A stretch of 64,000 nucleotides of DNA from an uncultured virus (IMG/VR IMGVR_UViG_3300042558_003703) (IMGVR_UViG_3300042558_003703), one strand, 5' to 3'. Positions 10,466 to 20,289 are shown, counted from the first letter of the stretch. The notes: a model not told the origin generated them from the letters alone. Program-made: numbers and translations.

Positions 10466-10566
10466 GTAATTCTCCTTGGTTATCAGTTTTAGTACTATAC
10501 TATTTTATAGTGTTGTGTTGACTATGTCAACAGATATTTAATGATTTTGTCACTTTTAGAGCAAAG

Positions 10567-10800
10567 TTAGATATGGCGTCGATTCCAGCAGTCCCATATG
10601 GTAACATTGTTCCAATTATGATTCCAATGCATTTGGAATAGGGTTAGACCGCGCTGTTCAAACAGTTTCATACGATTGTTGTCTATAGCTACCGGTACAT
10701 TGTGTTGTTGGGACCAATCTTGTAGCATTTTTTCTGCATCTTTGTCGCGTACAATTATCAAGTACAGGGCTTCGCTGTATCGGGAATTCTTGATAGACAT
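10567..10800 (-). CDS. Hypothetical protein
   Basis: 77-aa ORF in a tightly packed operon. Confidence 0.6.
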   Translation of the reverse strand: MSIKNSRYSEALYLIIVRDKDAEKMLQDWSQQHNVPVAIDNNRMKLFEQRGLTLFQMHWNHNWNNVTIWDCWNRRHI

Positions 10801-11061
10801 TTAATGCAAGGTTACACCAGATGGCACAGTGACACGCCGGACTCGACGAGGGGTTTTCTTTTGGTTGATCAATTGTTCAAATTCTGCATCCAATTGAAAC
10901 AGCTCGTTGTCATGCTTTGCTGCATTCTCGGCATTGACCCCAATAAGTCTCATGAGTGCGCCAATAGGCACTTCCCGATAACCGCGTGTGTACATGATCT
11001 CGCAGATATCAACTATAAGGTCCTGCATAACTTGTTCTAATTCTTTGTCTTTCAGCATCAA
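10801..11061 (-). CDS. Hypothetical protein
   Basis: 86-aa ORF abutting the next gene. Confidence 0.6.
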   Translation of the reverse strand: MMLKDKELEQVMQDLIVDICEIMYTRGYREVPIGALMRLIGVNAENAAKHDNELFQLDAEFEQLINQKKTPRRVRRVTVPSGVTLH

Positions 11062-11094
11062 GTAATTATGACGCTGTGCTAAAAATCAAAAATA

Positions 11095-11116
11095 AAAGCG
11101 GCCAAAAGCCGCTTTT
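11095..11116. terminator. Intrinsic terminator hairpin
   Basis: AAAAGCGGC-CAAAA-GCCGCTTTT. Confidence 0.7.
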
Positions 11117-11140
11117 GTGTGCCGCTGACCCAGGCTGGGG

Positions 11141-11476
11141 TTATGCTTGTTCTGCAACCTTTGCAGTACGGGCAGACTTGAGTGCAGAAGGTTTAACAGC
11201 CACACGCACTTCGGCGCTCTTGGCAATTCGAGCTTTTTCGGACAGTTTGTTGGCAACTGCGTAGCCAGCATCACCATCGGTAATGCCCAAGGTCTGCAAA
11301 TGCTGCAAAGCCTGCAGCTTGGTCATGGGTTGGGGCAGTTCCACCAAGTTGATGTTGGTACAACCAGACTTGTTGAGAATCTTGATACGTGCTACCAAGT
11401 CGTTGGCGAAACGAACTTTAGTAACGCCATTTTGAGTTGCAGTACCAGCTACGGTGAAGAGTTTTTCGTTCGACAT
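11141..11476 (-). CDS. Hypothetical protein with Lys/Ala-rich tail
   Basis: MSNEKLFTVAGTATQNGVTKVRFAND...; start reassigned downstream of the promoter at 11568-11540. Confidence 0.7.
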   Translation of the reverse strand: MSNEKLFTVAGTATQNGVTKVRFANDLVARIKILNKSGCTNINLVELPQPMTKLQALQHLQTLGITDGDAGYAVANKLSEKARIAKSAEVRVAVKPSALKSARTAKVAEQA

Positions 11477-11539
11477 AATATGTTGCCTTTTAAAGTTGAT
11501 TAAGTTAAGTTTCACTACATGCTTTTTATAGCATACCTT

Positions 11540-11568
11540 ATTATAACAAACGAGCACATTCTGGTCAA
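11540..11568 (-). promoter_or_regulatory. Sigma70-type early promoter
   Basis: TTGACC-N17-TATAAT. Confidence 0.8.
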
Positions 11569-11591
11569 CCATTATCTGCTCGATTTCGGTT

Positions 11592-11861
11592 TTAGGTTTG
11601 CCGAAATTCTTTTGCCCATACCAATTGGAACATGGTGGCGTGGGCAGGATTTTTAAAATAGAAAGAGGGTGCCTGACTGCTGGGCAGAGCAACTTGCGCC
11701 AGGTTATATGTCCACTGTCGTTTAGCATACCAAGGACGAGCAGCACCTTTTGCTTCCTTACTGTTGCTAGCACCAATGTTCCTGGTACACCATTTTCGTG
11801 CAGCATAATATTCCGAGTTCTTGTAGAGCCCGGGTATGATGACTTTAGTATAAATTCTCAT
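11592..11861 (-). CDS. Small hypothetical protein, FxxxxDxxxFxLxW family
   Basis: KWCTRNIG...FYFKNPAHATMFQLVW. Confidence 0.6.
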   Translation of the reverse strand: MRIYTKVIIPGLYKNSEYYAARKWCTRNIGASNSKEAKGAARPWYAKRQWTYNLAQVALPSSQAPSFYFKNPAHATMFQLVWAKEFRQT

Positions 11862-12172
11862 GCCATTAGCATAGACCAAGCTGCGGTCTTTTCCAAGTCT
11901 TGTTGAAACTCTGGATATACTTCATTTAGTTTATCCTCTGGAATTTCCAGGTAGCTCTTGCTATCTTTGCTACGTATTAACTTGTCCATTTCATGTCGAT
12001 TAGTTTCAACTACTTTACTTTGTAGTTTTTTGCCACGCCGACCCCAAACAGTGAGATAGGTATTGTAAGTAGGCCATTGATTTCTATCGCCTGATTTAAT
12101 CAGAATACTGACCCAAACCTTGTCATGGCCGTCAATATTACACCAACCGATGTATTCGTAACGAATATTCAT
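11858..12172 (-). CDS. WGR-like domain protein
   Basis: HDKVW...YLTVWGRRGKKLQ...LIRSKDSKSY. Confidence 0.55.
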   Translation of the reverse strand: MNIRYEYIGWCNIDGHDKVWVSILIKSGDRNQWPTYNTYLTVWGRRGKKLQSKVVETNRHEMDKLIRSKDSKSYLEIPEDKLNEVYPEFQQDLEKTAAWSMLMA

Positions 12173-12174
12173 AA

Positions 12175-12591
12175 TTACCAACTTGAGTTATAAAATACCT
12201 TCAAGCCCATAAACAATTCTGTCCGGGCGTTTTTGATAAACTCCAAGTCAGTATTGTAGTAGAACTCGTTAGAATCATCGCCAAAGAAGAAACCACTTGT
12301 TTTAGGCAGGCCACCAGAAATGATGTCCAGTTCTAATCTTTCTAAATCCTCCCAGGTCAGCTCTAGCTCAATGCCGTTAAAGCTGGTGACCTCTGTATCG
12401 TCAAGATTCTTTTCCTCCCAAAGTTGTTTCATCCAACCTTGTAGGTTTGGGTGCTTACGCCAGTAGGCCAGCTCACGCGGTTGACTGACTTTGGTAGGAT
12501 CGCTGTCGTCTTTGTTGTAGTTTTCATCGCCCCAGTATTCACCGTAAGCACCAGCTCGAGCTGCCACATAAGCGTATTGATCTAATCCCAT
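12175..12591 (-). CDS. Conserved phage hypothetical protein
   Basis: MGLDQYAY...YWRKHPNLQGWM...LPKTSGFFFG...FYNSSW. Confidence 0.7.
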   Translation of the reverse strand: MGLDQYAYVAARAGAYGEYWGDENYNKDDSDPTKVSQPRELAYWRKHPNLQGWMKQLWEEKNLDDTEVTSFNGIELELTWEDLERLELDIISGGLPKTSGFFFGDDSNEFYYNTDLEFIKNARTELFMGLKVFYNSSW

Positions 12592-12600
12592 ATCGATTCC

Positions 12601-12930
12601 TTAAATAATTTTAACTTGGTTAGTGTTGACTCGGTCGCTGTAATACTTGAATCCACGTTCACGGATCAAGTCAGCGGCTGTTTGCGGATTGCGATCAAAC
12701 ATCTCTCGAATGTCATCCGCAGTGATGCCGTCAGTGGCATTGATCAAATAGATCTCATAATGCCGTTGTGTATTGTAACGAGCACGAAGTTGCAAGTGCA
12801 TCAAATTCACAAAGGTCTTGGTGGGTTGCTTGCCCTGCAAGGTAGCCCACATCTTATCCTGAGCATAGTCTGTATAATCACCTACAAACTCAAGACCTGT
12901 ATTGTCCCACATAACAACGAACTGATGCAT
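12601..12930 (-). CDS. Hypothetical protein
   Basis: 109-aa ORF, TAATG coupling. Confidence 0.65.
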   Translation of the reverse strand: MHQFVVMWDNTGLEFVGDYTDYAQDKMWATLQGKQPTKTFVNLMHLQLRARYNTQRHYEIYLINATDGITADDIREMFDRNPQTAADLIRERGFKYYSDRVNTNQVKII

Positions 12931-13643
12931 TACAACACCCGTACACGGTTGAGTTGAGTACAGTCTTCACGGTGTGCTTTGACTGTGCCTTTAATTGTCA
13001 ACACAGTACCAGGATCCATGCCTTCTCGATAGGTAAACATCACAACCTTGCGAGTATCCACGGTGACAGCACGAATGTAGTTGGTGTTGTAATTTTGGCT
13101 ATAAACAGACTTGATCACTTCAACCTGGAATTCAACCTTGTTGCCTACCGGGGCCACCGGGCTGGTATCTGTGCCCCACATGCGTTGTTCATGTGCTAGA
13201 CCGGTACGGTAGCTACGGATTTGGCTAGCAATGGTAGCAATTTCCAACTGATGTACTTCCAACGCAAACTCGTCCATGCCCACAGCACGGTTCAAGGTAT
13301 TTTCAAAATCGGTAAGCGGACGCTTGAGTGCTGTCATCAACAGTTGACCTCGATGCCACGCACGAGCCGACGCACCAAGTTCGCGATCTGCCTCGGTGTC
13401 TTCACCGCAGTAGCCTTCACGCAACCAACGCTTGATCATGGCCTTGTTGGCTTCTTTAATCACGCACTGTCCGTCCGAACTACGCTGATCCTCTTTGACA
13501 TACTGGCCGTCATTGATGCGATCTGCTGTGGCAGCAAATGTCCAAACCTGGTCAGCTGTGACCATAGTAACCGTGACAGGGATTTTCTTGGCCATGGGTT
13601 TACGATATGCAAAAGGATTACTACGGGCTTGATAACTGTACAT
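12930..13643 (-). CDS. Hypothetical protein with C-terminal OB-fold-like segment
   Basis: GTVLTIKGTVKAH...TQLNRV; AGGAG RBS. Confidence 0.65.
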   Translation of the reverse strand: MYSYQARSNPFAYRKPMAKKIPVTVTMVTADQVWTFAATADRINDGQYVKEDQRSSDGQCVIKEANKAMIKRWLREGYCGEDTEADRELGASARAWHRGQLLMTALKRPLTDFENTLNRAVGMDEFALEVHQLEIATIASQIRSYRTGLAHEQRMWGTDTSPVAPVGNKVEFQVEVIKSVYSQNYNTNYIRAVTVDTRKVVMFTYREGMDPGTVLTIKGTVKAHREDCTQLNRVRVL

Positions 13644-13672
13644 GCCAACTCCTTGTTATTCACTATACATAC

Positions 13673-13701
13673 ATTATAGCCGATCTGGCGTTTCTGGTCA
13701 A
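13673..13701 (-). promoter_or_regulatory. Sigma70-type early promoter cassette
   Basis: TTGACCAGAAA...GGCTATAAT, 17-bp spacer. Confidence 0.85.
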
Positions 13702-13716
13702 CCAAAAAGTGTTGCG

Positions 13717-14067
13717 TTAAAACAACGGATCATTTAGGGCAGATTCTGGTGTTCTTAAACGTTCTGCAACCAACTCCTTCTGAAACCGTTCGAAATATTC
13801 GTTTTTGCGTAGCCAACCTTTTACTGTTTCACGGTCGCCATAACTGCCGTATGGTGCTCGGCTTTCAATCCAACGAGCATATTCTCCTATGAGATCAATA
13901 TTTACAAAATCAGCTCGACCAACAGCACCATATAGGTCATTTGACAACACTGCGGTCATGAAACCACCAGGTTCAAAACCGTGTACAAAATAATTGTACA
14001 AGGACTCTTTGCTTTGCTCGGTCATTTTATAACCGCTGAAATCTAATCTTTGAAATTTGGAATTCAT
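13717..14067 (-). CDS. Hypothetical protein
   Basis: YFVHGFEPGGFMTAVLSNDL...RAD; AGGAG RBS before ATG 14067. Confidence 0.7.
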   Translation of the reverse strand: MNSKFQRLDFSGYKMTEQSKESLYNYFVHGFEPGGFMTAVLSNDLYGAVGRADFVNIDLIGEYARWIESRAPYGSYGDRETVKGWLRKNEYFERFQKELVAERLRTPESALNDPLF

Positions 14068-14077
14068 AGTCGGCTCC

Positions 14078-14284
14078 TTAGGCTGTAAAGTCGTAAGCGT
14101 ACTCGCCGTGCATTGCGACACTGACTTGGACCCGGCCGTTATAGTCCTTAAACAACATGGAAAACACACGGCGAGCATCTTTCTCTTCAGTACAAACAAA
14201 CAAGGTACCGTTGCAAAAATACGCCTGGCGGTCTTGCTTGATAACTTTTGCAACCTTGTCTAACACGATTTTTTCGAAACCCAT
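14078..14284 (-). CDS. Hypothetical protein
   Basis: 68-aa ORF with AAGGA RBS. Confidence 0.6.
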   Translation of the reverse strand: MGFEKIVLDKVAKVIKQDRQAYFCNGTLFVCTEEKDARRVFSMLFKDYNGRVQVSVAMHGEYAYDFTA

Positions 14285-14306
14285 TTGATTTCCTTTAATA
14301 TTAGAA

Positions 14307-14558
14307 TCAATATCCTGCTGTCATTTTATCAGTTTCGGGATTGTAGGACACAAAAACAACAGTGTAGTCCAGCTCGTTAGCATCATTTAGGAACATAGCA
14401 TCGTAAGCGAAACGATAATCTACAGGTTCCGGAGCTGCCAGGCTACGGAACGTGATGTTGATAAAGGAGTCACCTTCAAAACCCGAATCTTGAATAATGT
14501 CGGTCAACTGGTCAGCGTTGATATGCATCAGCTGGTATAGTTTGTTTGCTTTCAACAT
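14307..14558 (-). CDS. Acidic hypothetical protein
   Basis: First gene after an early promoter cassette. Confidence 0.65.
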   Translation of the reverse strand: MLKANKLYQLMHINADQLTDIIQDSGFEGDSFINITFRSLAAPEPVDYRFAYDAMFLNDANELDYTVVFVSYNPETDKMTAGY

Positions 14559-14589
14559 GGTCTTGTTCCTGTTTGTTTACTGTATAACT

Positions 14590-14618
14590 AGTATAGCCGA
14601 AAAAGGGTTTCTGGTCTA
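14590..14618 (-). promoter_or_regulatory. Sigma70-type early promoter cassette
   Basis: TAGACC-N17-TATACT followed by ACAGTAAACAAACAGGA. Confidence 0.75.
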
Positions 14619-14688
14619 CCAAAATCTGCCAAAAAGCCACAAAAAAGCCCCTGAAAAAGAGGCCATTTTGTGTGGTTTTTTTACAACA

Positions 14689-15375
14689 CTATTTTAGTGC
14701 ATAAAACACATGACCTCCAATGCTTTTTACTCTAGCTTCACTAGTGGCCCATCCGGGTCTAACATAAGTGGCATGAAAATGTGTGGCATCTTTTAACTTG
14801 GAAACTCTGATTCCGGATAAAAAATCATCCACCGCTGTTTGAACAGCAGCAACTTGAGTACCATTTAACGGACGATTGCGTTTGATCGTGTCACGAGTCC
14901 ACGAAAACTGATTGGGTGCATGTATTACACCGCACAGATCTCGACCCCAAGCACCGCTGCGAACACGATTCCATGTGACTTGAGCCACTGCAATTTTTCC
15001 TTCGTACGGCTCCCCGCCGGCTTCATAAAACACATTGCGAATCAAACAATTGCGTTCTTGTGCAGTAATCGTTACTTTTTCGCTAGAAACATGTAAAATT
15101 ATACCAGGGTTAAAATCAGGCATTGCTGTGATTGACGGTGGTTTAATTTTAAATATTTCTACAGGATTACGATGCTGCTCGTTGTATTCCCATTTAGCAA
15201 GATACTGATCTACTAGAGGTTCATAATCCAGCTGCTCTTGAGTCACTGTACTGTACGGCAAAATCGGTTGTGTTGGTGTCACAACAATAGACAGCATTGC
15301 AACCACTACGACAGTTACAATGATCACCGACTTTGCCACACAGGCAGAAACTTGGTTATTATATTTTTTATACAT
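14689..15375 (-). CDS. SleB-like cell wall hydrolase (Hydrolase_2) with N-terminal TM segment
   Basis: CLIRNVFYEAGGE...AVAQVTWNRV...QFSW...ATHFHATYVRPGW...IGGHVFY. Confidence 0.9.
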   Translation of the reverse strand: MYKKYNNQVSACVAKSVIIVTVVVVAMLSIVVTPTQPILPYSTVTQEQLDYEPLVDQYLAKWEYNEQHRNPVEIFKIKPPSITAMPDFNPGIILHVSSEKVTITAQERNCLIRNVFYEAGGEPYEGKIAVAQVTWNRVRSGAWGRDLCGVIHAPNQFSWTRDTIKRNRPLNGTQVAAVQTAVDDFLSGIRVSKLKDATHFHATYVRPGWATSEARVKSIGGHVFYALK

Positions 15376-15489
15376 GAGTTTCTCCTTTGGCGGAATAGTT
15401 ATATATGCCTAGGGGTATAAACAATAAACCCTATTTTAGTATACTAGATTTTTTGATAACTAACGAGCTTTTTGGCTCGTTAAGTTAAA

Positions 15490-16083
15490 CTAGATATTGA
15501 AAAACTTGTAATGCTGCCCTAATGTCCATGCATGAGGATTAGAAATTGCCAGGCCATTAAAGGTCTCGTATTCAGCGTCAAACACTCCTGTGTATCTATC
15601 GAAGAAATGCCAGTAGCTAGGTGTTTTATTATTGAAACCACTCTTGCTCAACATGGAATCGTTTTCCTTGCTTATCAAGCAGGTCGGCGGATTCATTGCT
15701 TGTCGAATACTAATACGATCTTGTATTAGTAAATCTCGAATTCTGCTCTGTGGTATCATGTGTTCAAAGATACAGGCTGTTGCATCAACCCCGATCTGTC
15801 GATAGTGAGAACCAATATTACCTTCAATACAATACCCATGACCTCGGCGCAACAATAAATCAATCATATCACGTATTAATCTAGCACGTTGATCGAGCGT
15901 GGTTAGGTTGCGATACATTTCAACATAACGTTTGACTTCGGAAGCAATAAACTCTTCAGTAATACGATATGCTTCTTTATTTCGTTCAACCATCACTTGT
16001 CGATAGTTAATTTCTTCAAACCCCTCAACTGCTTCTTTGAGCAGTTGAAGAGCCTGTTCAATTTTTTGTTCAGGAGTAAGCAT
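15490..16083 (-). CDS. Hypothetical protein with HNH/His-Me-like EHxIP motif
   Basis: IFEHMIP...TCLISKEND; overlaps the upstream ParB-like gene. Confidence 0.55.
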   Translation of the reverse strand: MLTPEQKIEQALQLLKEAVEGFEEINYRQVMVERNKEAYRITEEFIASEVKRYVEMYRNLTTLDQRARLIRDMIDLLLRRGHGYCIEGNIGSHYRQIGVDATACIFEHMIPQSRIRDLLIQDRISIRQAMNPPTCLISKENDSMLSKSGFNNKTPSYWHFFDRYTGVFDAEYETFNGLAISNPHAWTLGQHYKFFNI

Positions 16084-17200
16084 AATCAACTCCCGGTGCA
16101 GTAGTTACAGGTTCTTTGTAAAGATGTGCATGATTTGGAATTAATGTAGCATCAACCCAAAGACCCTGGTCCAAATCAAAGTCGGCACCATCGCTAGGAA
16201 TAGACAAAACGCCACCATTGAGTTTGTAAACTTCCCGCATGAACTTGAACATGCCTTCGGGCACATTCCATGTATTACTACGACCGATCCATTTGGCATG
16301 TCGGCTGGCAGCTTCTTCTACATGTACGCTATTGCTAAAACTTTTTGCCACGCCTTTGCACACTTGCAACATCCAATCCTTTGGCATTTTCTTACCCAGG
16401 CTACCAACCACAGTATTCATGTGGTACAGTCCAATGTAGATACCGTTTTGTACTTTGGCATTTTTGGGCCAAGTCTTGATGATGGCTTCGAGAATTTGAC
16501 CAGCAACAAGACCTTTTTTGTCTGTACCCATAGGCTTGTAAGCATAGTCAAAGTGACTCATGAAGTGATTCTGTCGTTGGGATACTGGGATCAGTTCTGG
16601 CTTCTCCACAAGGTCAATTTTTAATCGATCAAATTGTGCTTGCAAATTGCAAGCAGGAACAGTTTCAACATCTCGAACACCAAGATTATATAAGCGGATA
16701 TTGTTGCGATGAAAGTCTGGCTTGCCAATTTTCTTAATCACGCTGTTGCTGGTGCGAAATGCATAGCTGGCAAATTTAGGATCTGCGTCAACGACCACCG
16801 TTACAAAAACTTCTTCAAAACCCAGGATTGCCAAGGTCACGCAACGATGCTGAGCATCGTATACAAACAGTTTCTTAAATTTGTAAATGTGGTTGATCGG
16901 ATCATTGACTTCAACCATACTGGGGTCTGTGTTGCAGGCAGCAGGTTGGCAAATACGATTGTCCCATTTTTGTAGCAGAGACAAAATAGTTTTGATGATG
17001 ACATCACGCTGTACTTCGTAGTCAATCCATAAGATTGACGTTGGTACGCGGATACCTCCCAAGGGAAAGTGATAGCCAGAGTTGAAAACACGGTTTCGTA
17101 ATTGTGCTAATTGTTTGTCAGTGACACCGTGGTCGTCCTTCAACTTCTGAAGAATTTCTTTGGATACATCCGACAGTGAGCGCGAGATTCGCTTTATCAT
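16070..17200 (-). CDS. ParB/Srx-like (DGQHR-type) protein
   Basis: IDYEVQRD...LFVYDAQHRCVTL; own promoter and AGGAG RBS. Confidence 0.65.
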   Translation of the reverse strand: MIKRISRSLSDVSKEILQKLKDDHGVTDKQLAQLRNRVFNSGYHFPLGGIRVPTSILWIDYEVQRDVIIKTILSLLQKWDNRICQPAACNTDPSMVEVNDPINHIYKFKKLFVYDAQHRCVTLAILGFEEVFVTVVVDADPKFASYAFRTSNSVIKKIGKPDFHRNNIRLYNLGVRDVETVPACNLQAQFDRLKIDLVEKPELIPVSQRQNHFMSHFDYAYKPMGTDKKGLVAGQILEAIIKTWPKNAKVQNGIYIGLYHMNTVVGSLGKKMPKDWMLQVCKGVAKSFSNSVHVEEAASRHAKWIGRSNTWNVPEGMFKFMREVYKLNGGVLSIPSDGADFDLDQGLWVDATLIPNHAHLYKEPVTTAPGVDYAYS

Positions 17201-17238
17201 TTGTAAAACTCCTAAGGTTAATTAACTAATGAAATACG

Positions 17239-17267
17239 ATTATAGTACAAGCAAGGTTTCTAGTCAA
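17239..17267 (-). promoter_or_regulatory. Sigma70-type promoter
   Basis: TTGACT-N17-TATAAT. Confidence 0.75.
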
Positions 17268-17509
17268 CTCCATTGTAGCATGAAAGCCACACAATCACGT
17301 TCACTATCAAAGTAAAATGCATACCGACCCGGACGTTGATCAGTGCTGACTTCAATCAATTGCCAACGCCAGTCCCCGGTCAGTTGATCTTTGCACCAAT
17401 CAAGCACTGTATCCAAAGTTCCAAATGGTTTGGTCAGCTCATGGTGGTAAGCAAAGCTAGCACTTTCCCTATAATTAATGAGACGTTTTTGTTCTTCGGT
17501 CAGCTGCAT
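17264..17509 (-). CDS. Small hypothetical protein, FxxxxDxxxFxLxW family
   Basis: DWCKDQLTGDWRW...FYFDSERDCVAFMLQWS. Confidence 0.65.
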   Translation of the reverse strand: MQLTEEQKRLINYRESASFAYHHELTKPFGTLDTVLDWCKDQLTGDWRWQLIEVSTDQRPGRYAFYFDSERDCVAFMLQWS

Positions 17510-17910
17510 TCTTCTAAAGTAAGTTGGCGAGCGCGATGCAATTCGTCCAAGGGCAAGTTCCAATCCTTGTAGCCTTGAGCAATAGTATCGAAGTAGGATC
17601 TCGAAGGCAACGACGGAGGGTCGTCATTCATAACATAGACCATGAACTCTTGTCCCACATGCGTTAAGTGTATTTTGGTGTACAAGAAAGGAAATCCTTC
17701 AAATACATCCAGATTGTCTTCGCACTCTTGAGTGATTTCCCACAGTGCTCCATGCACTCGAGAACCAGTCTCGGGTATTATAGTGGCCACTCCAGAAAAT
17801 GCCAAGCGCCAATCGGACAGAATCAATTGACCAACAGGTCTAGCATCCGGGCATCTAAAACGCATGCCTTCCAAGTTTAAGTTTGCACCGTAAGCAAAAT
17901 ATAGTTTCAT
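17500..17910 (-). CDS. Gamma-glutamylcyclotransferase (AIG2-like) family protein
   Basis: LYFAYGANLN...RCP...VHGALW...LDVFEG...Y. Confidence 0.85.
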   Translation of the reverse strand: MKLYFAYGANLNLEGMRFRCPDARPVGQLILSDWRLAFSGVATIIPETGSRVHGALWEITQECEDNLDVFEGFPFLYTKIHLTHVGQEFMVYVMNDDPPSLPSRSYFDTIAQGYKDWNLPLDELHRARQLTLEECS

Positions 17911-18146
17911 TCTAAGTAAGTGTCCTTTATGTATTTGACCACACCGGCCGGATCAATGGCATTAAAAAATAAAATATGATCTACTATTTTAAATGTGCTA
18001 CAAAAACTCTGTCCTGGGGTCAAGCTTTTGAGACCATCAAAACAGTAGGTCTTTTCCCACTCCAAGTATTGTTCTAGAGTAATTTTTTTAGCTGTGCGTT
18101 CACCGTGATCGCTTTCTAGATGCGCCTTTATCATTTGAGCAAACAT
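17907..18146 (-). CDS. Hypothetical protein
   Basis: 79-aa ORF coupled at both ends. Confidence 0.6.
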   Translation of the reverse strand: MFAQMIKAHLESDHGERTAKKITLEQYLEWEKTYCFDGLKSLTPGQSFCSTFKIVDHILFFNAIDPAGVVKYIKDTYLE

Positions 18147-18877
18147 TAAGCAATCCTTTCTACAGCAACATCACTCATGTAGTAGTGATAAAAATCTTGT
18201 CCCCGAACTTGTCCTGTGCGAAAATAAGCTGATACAGTGACTTGGGATCGCACAAACAAACTGTCAACCACACTACGCAAGGGATTGCCGTTAAGTACAG
18301 ACCACATGACTGGTTGTCCCACGTGGTTTTGAAACCAGTACTCTTGGGTCTCACTGCCTCGGCGACTTCTAAATATCTTCATCAAGGGCGTCAAGGTATG
18401 TGTTTCTTTGCTGCCAATGTTCTTCATGGCGTTGCCTATCCAATCTTCTTTCAAGCTCCTGTCTTTAATCAGTTGTTTAAGCTGTTCTCTGTTTTGATCT
18501 TCCACATAAAAATACGGCAGTCTATGTATCATGCCTATGTGTCGCTGTTGCAGTTCAACATCGCCCAGCAACATTTCATATAGATCGTGATAAAATGGTG
18601 TCAGGGGCTGCTGACTTGTTAGTGCTTTGACACCAATTTTGTTTCGATAGTACTGACGAACTTGATCAGCCATCTCATAATCTTGTAGGTGTACTATGCA
18701 CTGATCAAGATCCAGAAATCGCACTGCCATTTCAGTTTCTACAGCACGCCTATAACTGGCACAGCTTAGAGCAATAGGATCTTCTTTGAATACTGCTGGC
18801 TTATTGGGATCCGTATTGGGAGTTACATCTCCCAAGATACTTTCAAGGGTTTCAGTCACTATCATGTTCAATCCCAC
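18146..18877 (-). CDS. Hypothetical protein
   Basis: 243-aa ORF in operon. Confidence 0.7.
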   Translation of the reverse strand: MGLNMIVTETLESILGDVTPNTDPNKPAVFKEDPIALSCASYRRAVETEMAVRFLDLDQCIVHLQDYEMADQVRQYYRNKIGVKALTSQQPLTPFYHDLYEMLLGDVELQQRHIGMIHRLPYFYVEDQNREQLKQLIKDRSLKEDWIGNAMKNIGSKETHTLTPLMKIFRSRRGSETQEYWFQNHVGQPVMWSVLNGNPLRSVVDSLFVRSQVTVSAYFRTGQVRGQDFYHYYMSDVAVERIA

Positions 18878-19563
18878 AATGCTTGATAGTACTTGCCGAA
18901 TAGTCGGAATCCGTTGTTGATACGGTCTTGTACTACTTTCATACCGTCGTAATCACAGTGGTATGTGTGATTTGGACCTTCGCCCATATGATAAAGTTTT
19001 GCATCTTTTTCTGGTACTGCATTACCTTCACCATCAACAGGTAACCAAACGGTATCCATTACACCAGAACGGAATGCATCTTCCCAGCTATCGTCAAGTT
19101 CACATTCAAATGCAAAGATCATTTCGTCCATGATCCAATCCCAACGTAGGAAATGATTGCTATCTGTATCATACTCATTCTCCTTGGGCTCTGCTACTGT
19201 ACTACGCAAATGTTCCGGAACATCATCGTCTTCAGTAAATGGTGCACCATGTTTTGTTTCTTTCAGTTGTTTTAGCATGGGCAGGATGATATAACTCAAT
19301 GTATGATCCATGCTCCAAGTATCCCAACGATCAATTTTTACTTTGATTGTGCGTGTACGCTTAGATTCAATCCATATACAAGCTCGTTGCAGCCAGGAAT
19401 CTTTGTCTTCGCCACCTGATAACCAAGTACCAAAGTTGTGTACCCAATCTTTAGTTTTTGGAAATCCGTATTCGTCTTTTTCTTTACGGACCCAAAAGCA
19501 AAGAGCCTCTGCAATTTGATATGGTCCTACCCAATTTTTGTACGGTCCAATTTTAACCTTCAT
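18868..19563 (-). CDS. Conserved phage hypothetical protein
   Basis: IDRWDTWSMDHTL...WDWIMDEMIFAF...LFGKYYQALWD. Confidence 0.75.
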   Translation of the reverse strand: MKVKIGPYKNWVGPYQIAEALCFWVRKEKDEYGFPKTKDWVHNFGTWLSGGEDKDSWLQRACIWIESKRTRTIKVKIDRWDTWSMDHTLSYIILPMLKQLKETKHGAPFTEDDDVPEHLRSTVAEPKENEYDTDSNHFLRWDWIMDEMIFAFECELDDSWEDAFRSGVMDTVWLPVDGEGNAVPEKDAKLYHMGEGPNHTYHCDYDGMKVVQDRINNGFRLFGKYYQALWD

Positions 19564-19864
19564 ATTCAACTACCTCGATTGTGCCTTTACCTTCTAAATC
19601 TTTGACAAACTGTGCAAAGACGCTAGATGCATATCCACTCATACCTTGGCTTTGTTTGCCGCAGTTGTAGATGCTGCCGGAATGGTTATGGATTTCGTAA
19701 TGTGTATCTTTATCCACAATTTCGGTGATGCCGCTACTCAGCTTCCAGCGGTCACTACCCAAGTAGCCACCGTACCAACTGGCCATGATCTTGCGAGTAA
19801 CTTCATCACTGTCGTTGTACTTTAATTCTACAATGGTCCAAAGATCAGGATTATATATGCTCAT
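19553..19864 (-). CDS. Conserved phage hypothetical protein
   Basis: YNPDLW...SWYGGYLGSDRWKLSSGI...SGSIYNC. Confidence 0.7.
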   Translation of the reverse strand: MSIYNPDLWTIVELKYNDSDEVTRKIMASWYGGYLGSDRWKLSSGITEIVDKDTHYEIHNHSGSIYNCGKQSQGMSGYASSVFAQFVKDLEGKGTIEVVEYEG

Positions 19865-19867
19865 AAT

Positions 19868-20086
19868 TTACCACTCGCTTTCGTAAGTTTCTTCATAAGT
19901 TTCGCTCATGTCGATAATGTTTTCGATTTCGCCGCCTCGACGAATGTATGAAGTTCCACCGTCGGTAAAGATAGCACAGCATCCGCACCGAACAAATTCA
20001 TGTCGGCTCCGGCTTTCAATAATGTCCAGGCATTTAGCACATTGACATTTATTCACTACAACTACTGTTTTCGTTCTTGTTACCAT
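19868..20086 (-). CDS. Small Cys-rich (zinc-binding) protein
   Basis: CAKCLDIIES..RHEFVRCGC..IFTDGG..YIRR. Confidence 0.7.
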   Translation of the reverse strand: MVTRTKTVVVVNKCQCAKCLDIIESRSRHEFVRCGCCAIFTDGGTSYIRRGGEIENIIDMSETYEETYESEW

Positions 20087-20289
20087 GTTGATACATCCGT
20101 AATATCTATAGTTGTGTCAAATTCTAGATTGTTATCTTTAAAGATACTAAATTTAACCTCTACTGTTGGCCCAATTCCCGAAGGAGAACTTTCACATATT
20201 GTAAACCATCCTGTATCTGGAAACTTTGTAACCAACTCTGCCAACTGCAGAACCTGCTTTCGTGTCAGTGAAATATTGCTCATTACCAA
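20080..20289 (-). CDS. Hypothetical protein
   Basis: SSPSGIGP...IDITDVSTW. Confidence 0.6.
   Translation of the reverse strand: MVMSNISLTRKQVLQLAELVTKFPDTGWFTICESSPSGIGPTVEVKFSIFKDNNLEFDTTIDITDVSTW

Noticed and set aside
11477..11806. N-terminal extensions of several ORF-track calls (11141, 13717, 30766, 32188, 53558)
   Set aside because: They cross promoters, intergenic regions or neighbouring genes; downstream ATGs with RBS or coupling fit better.
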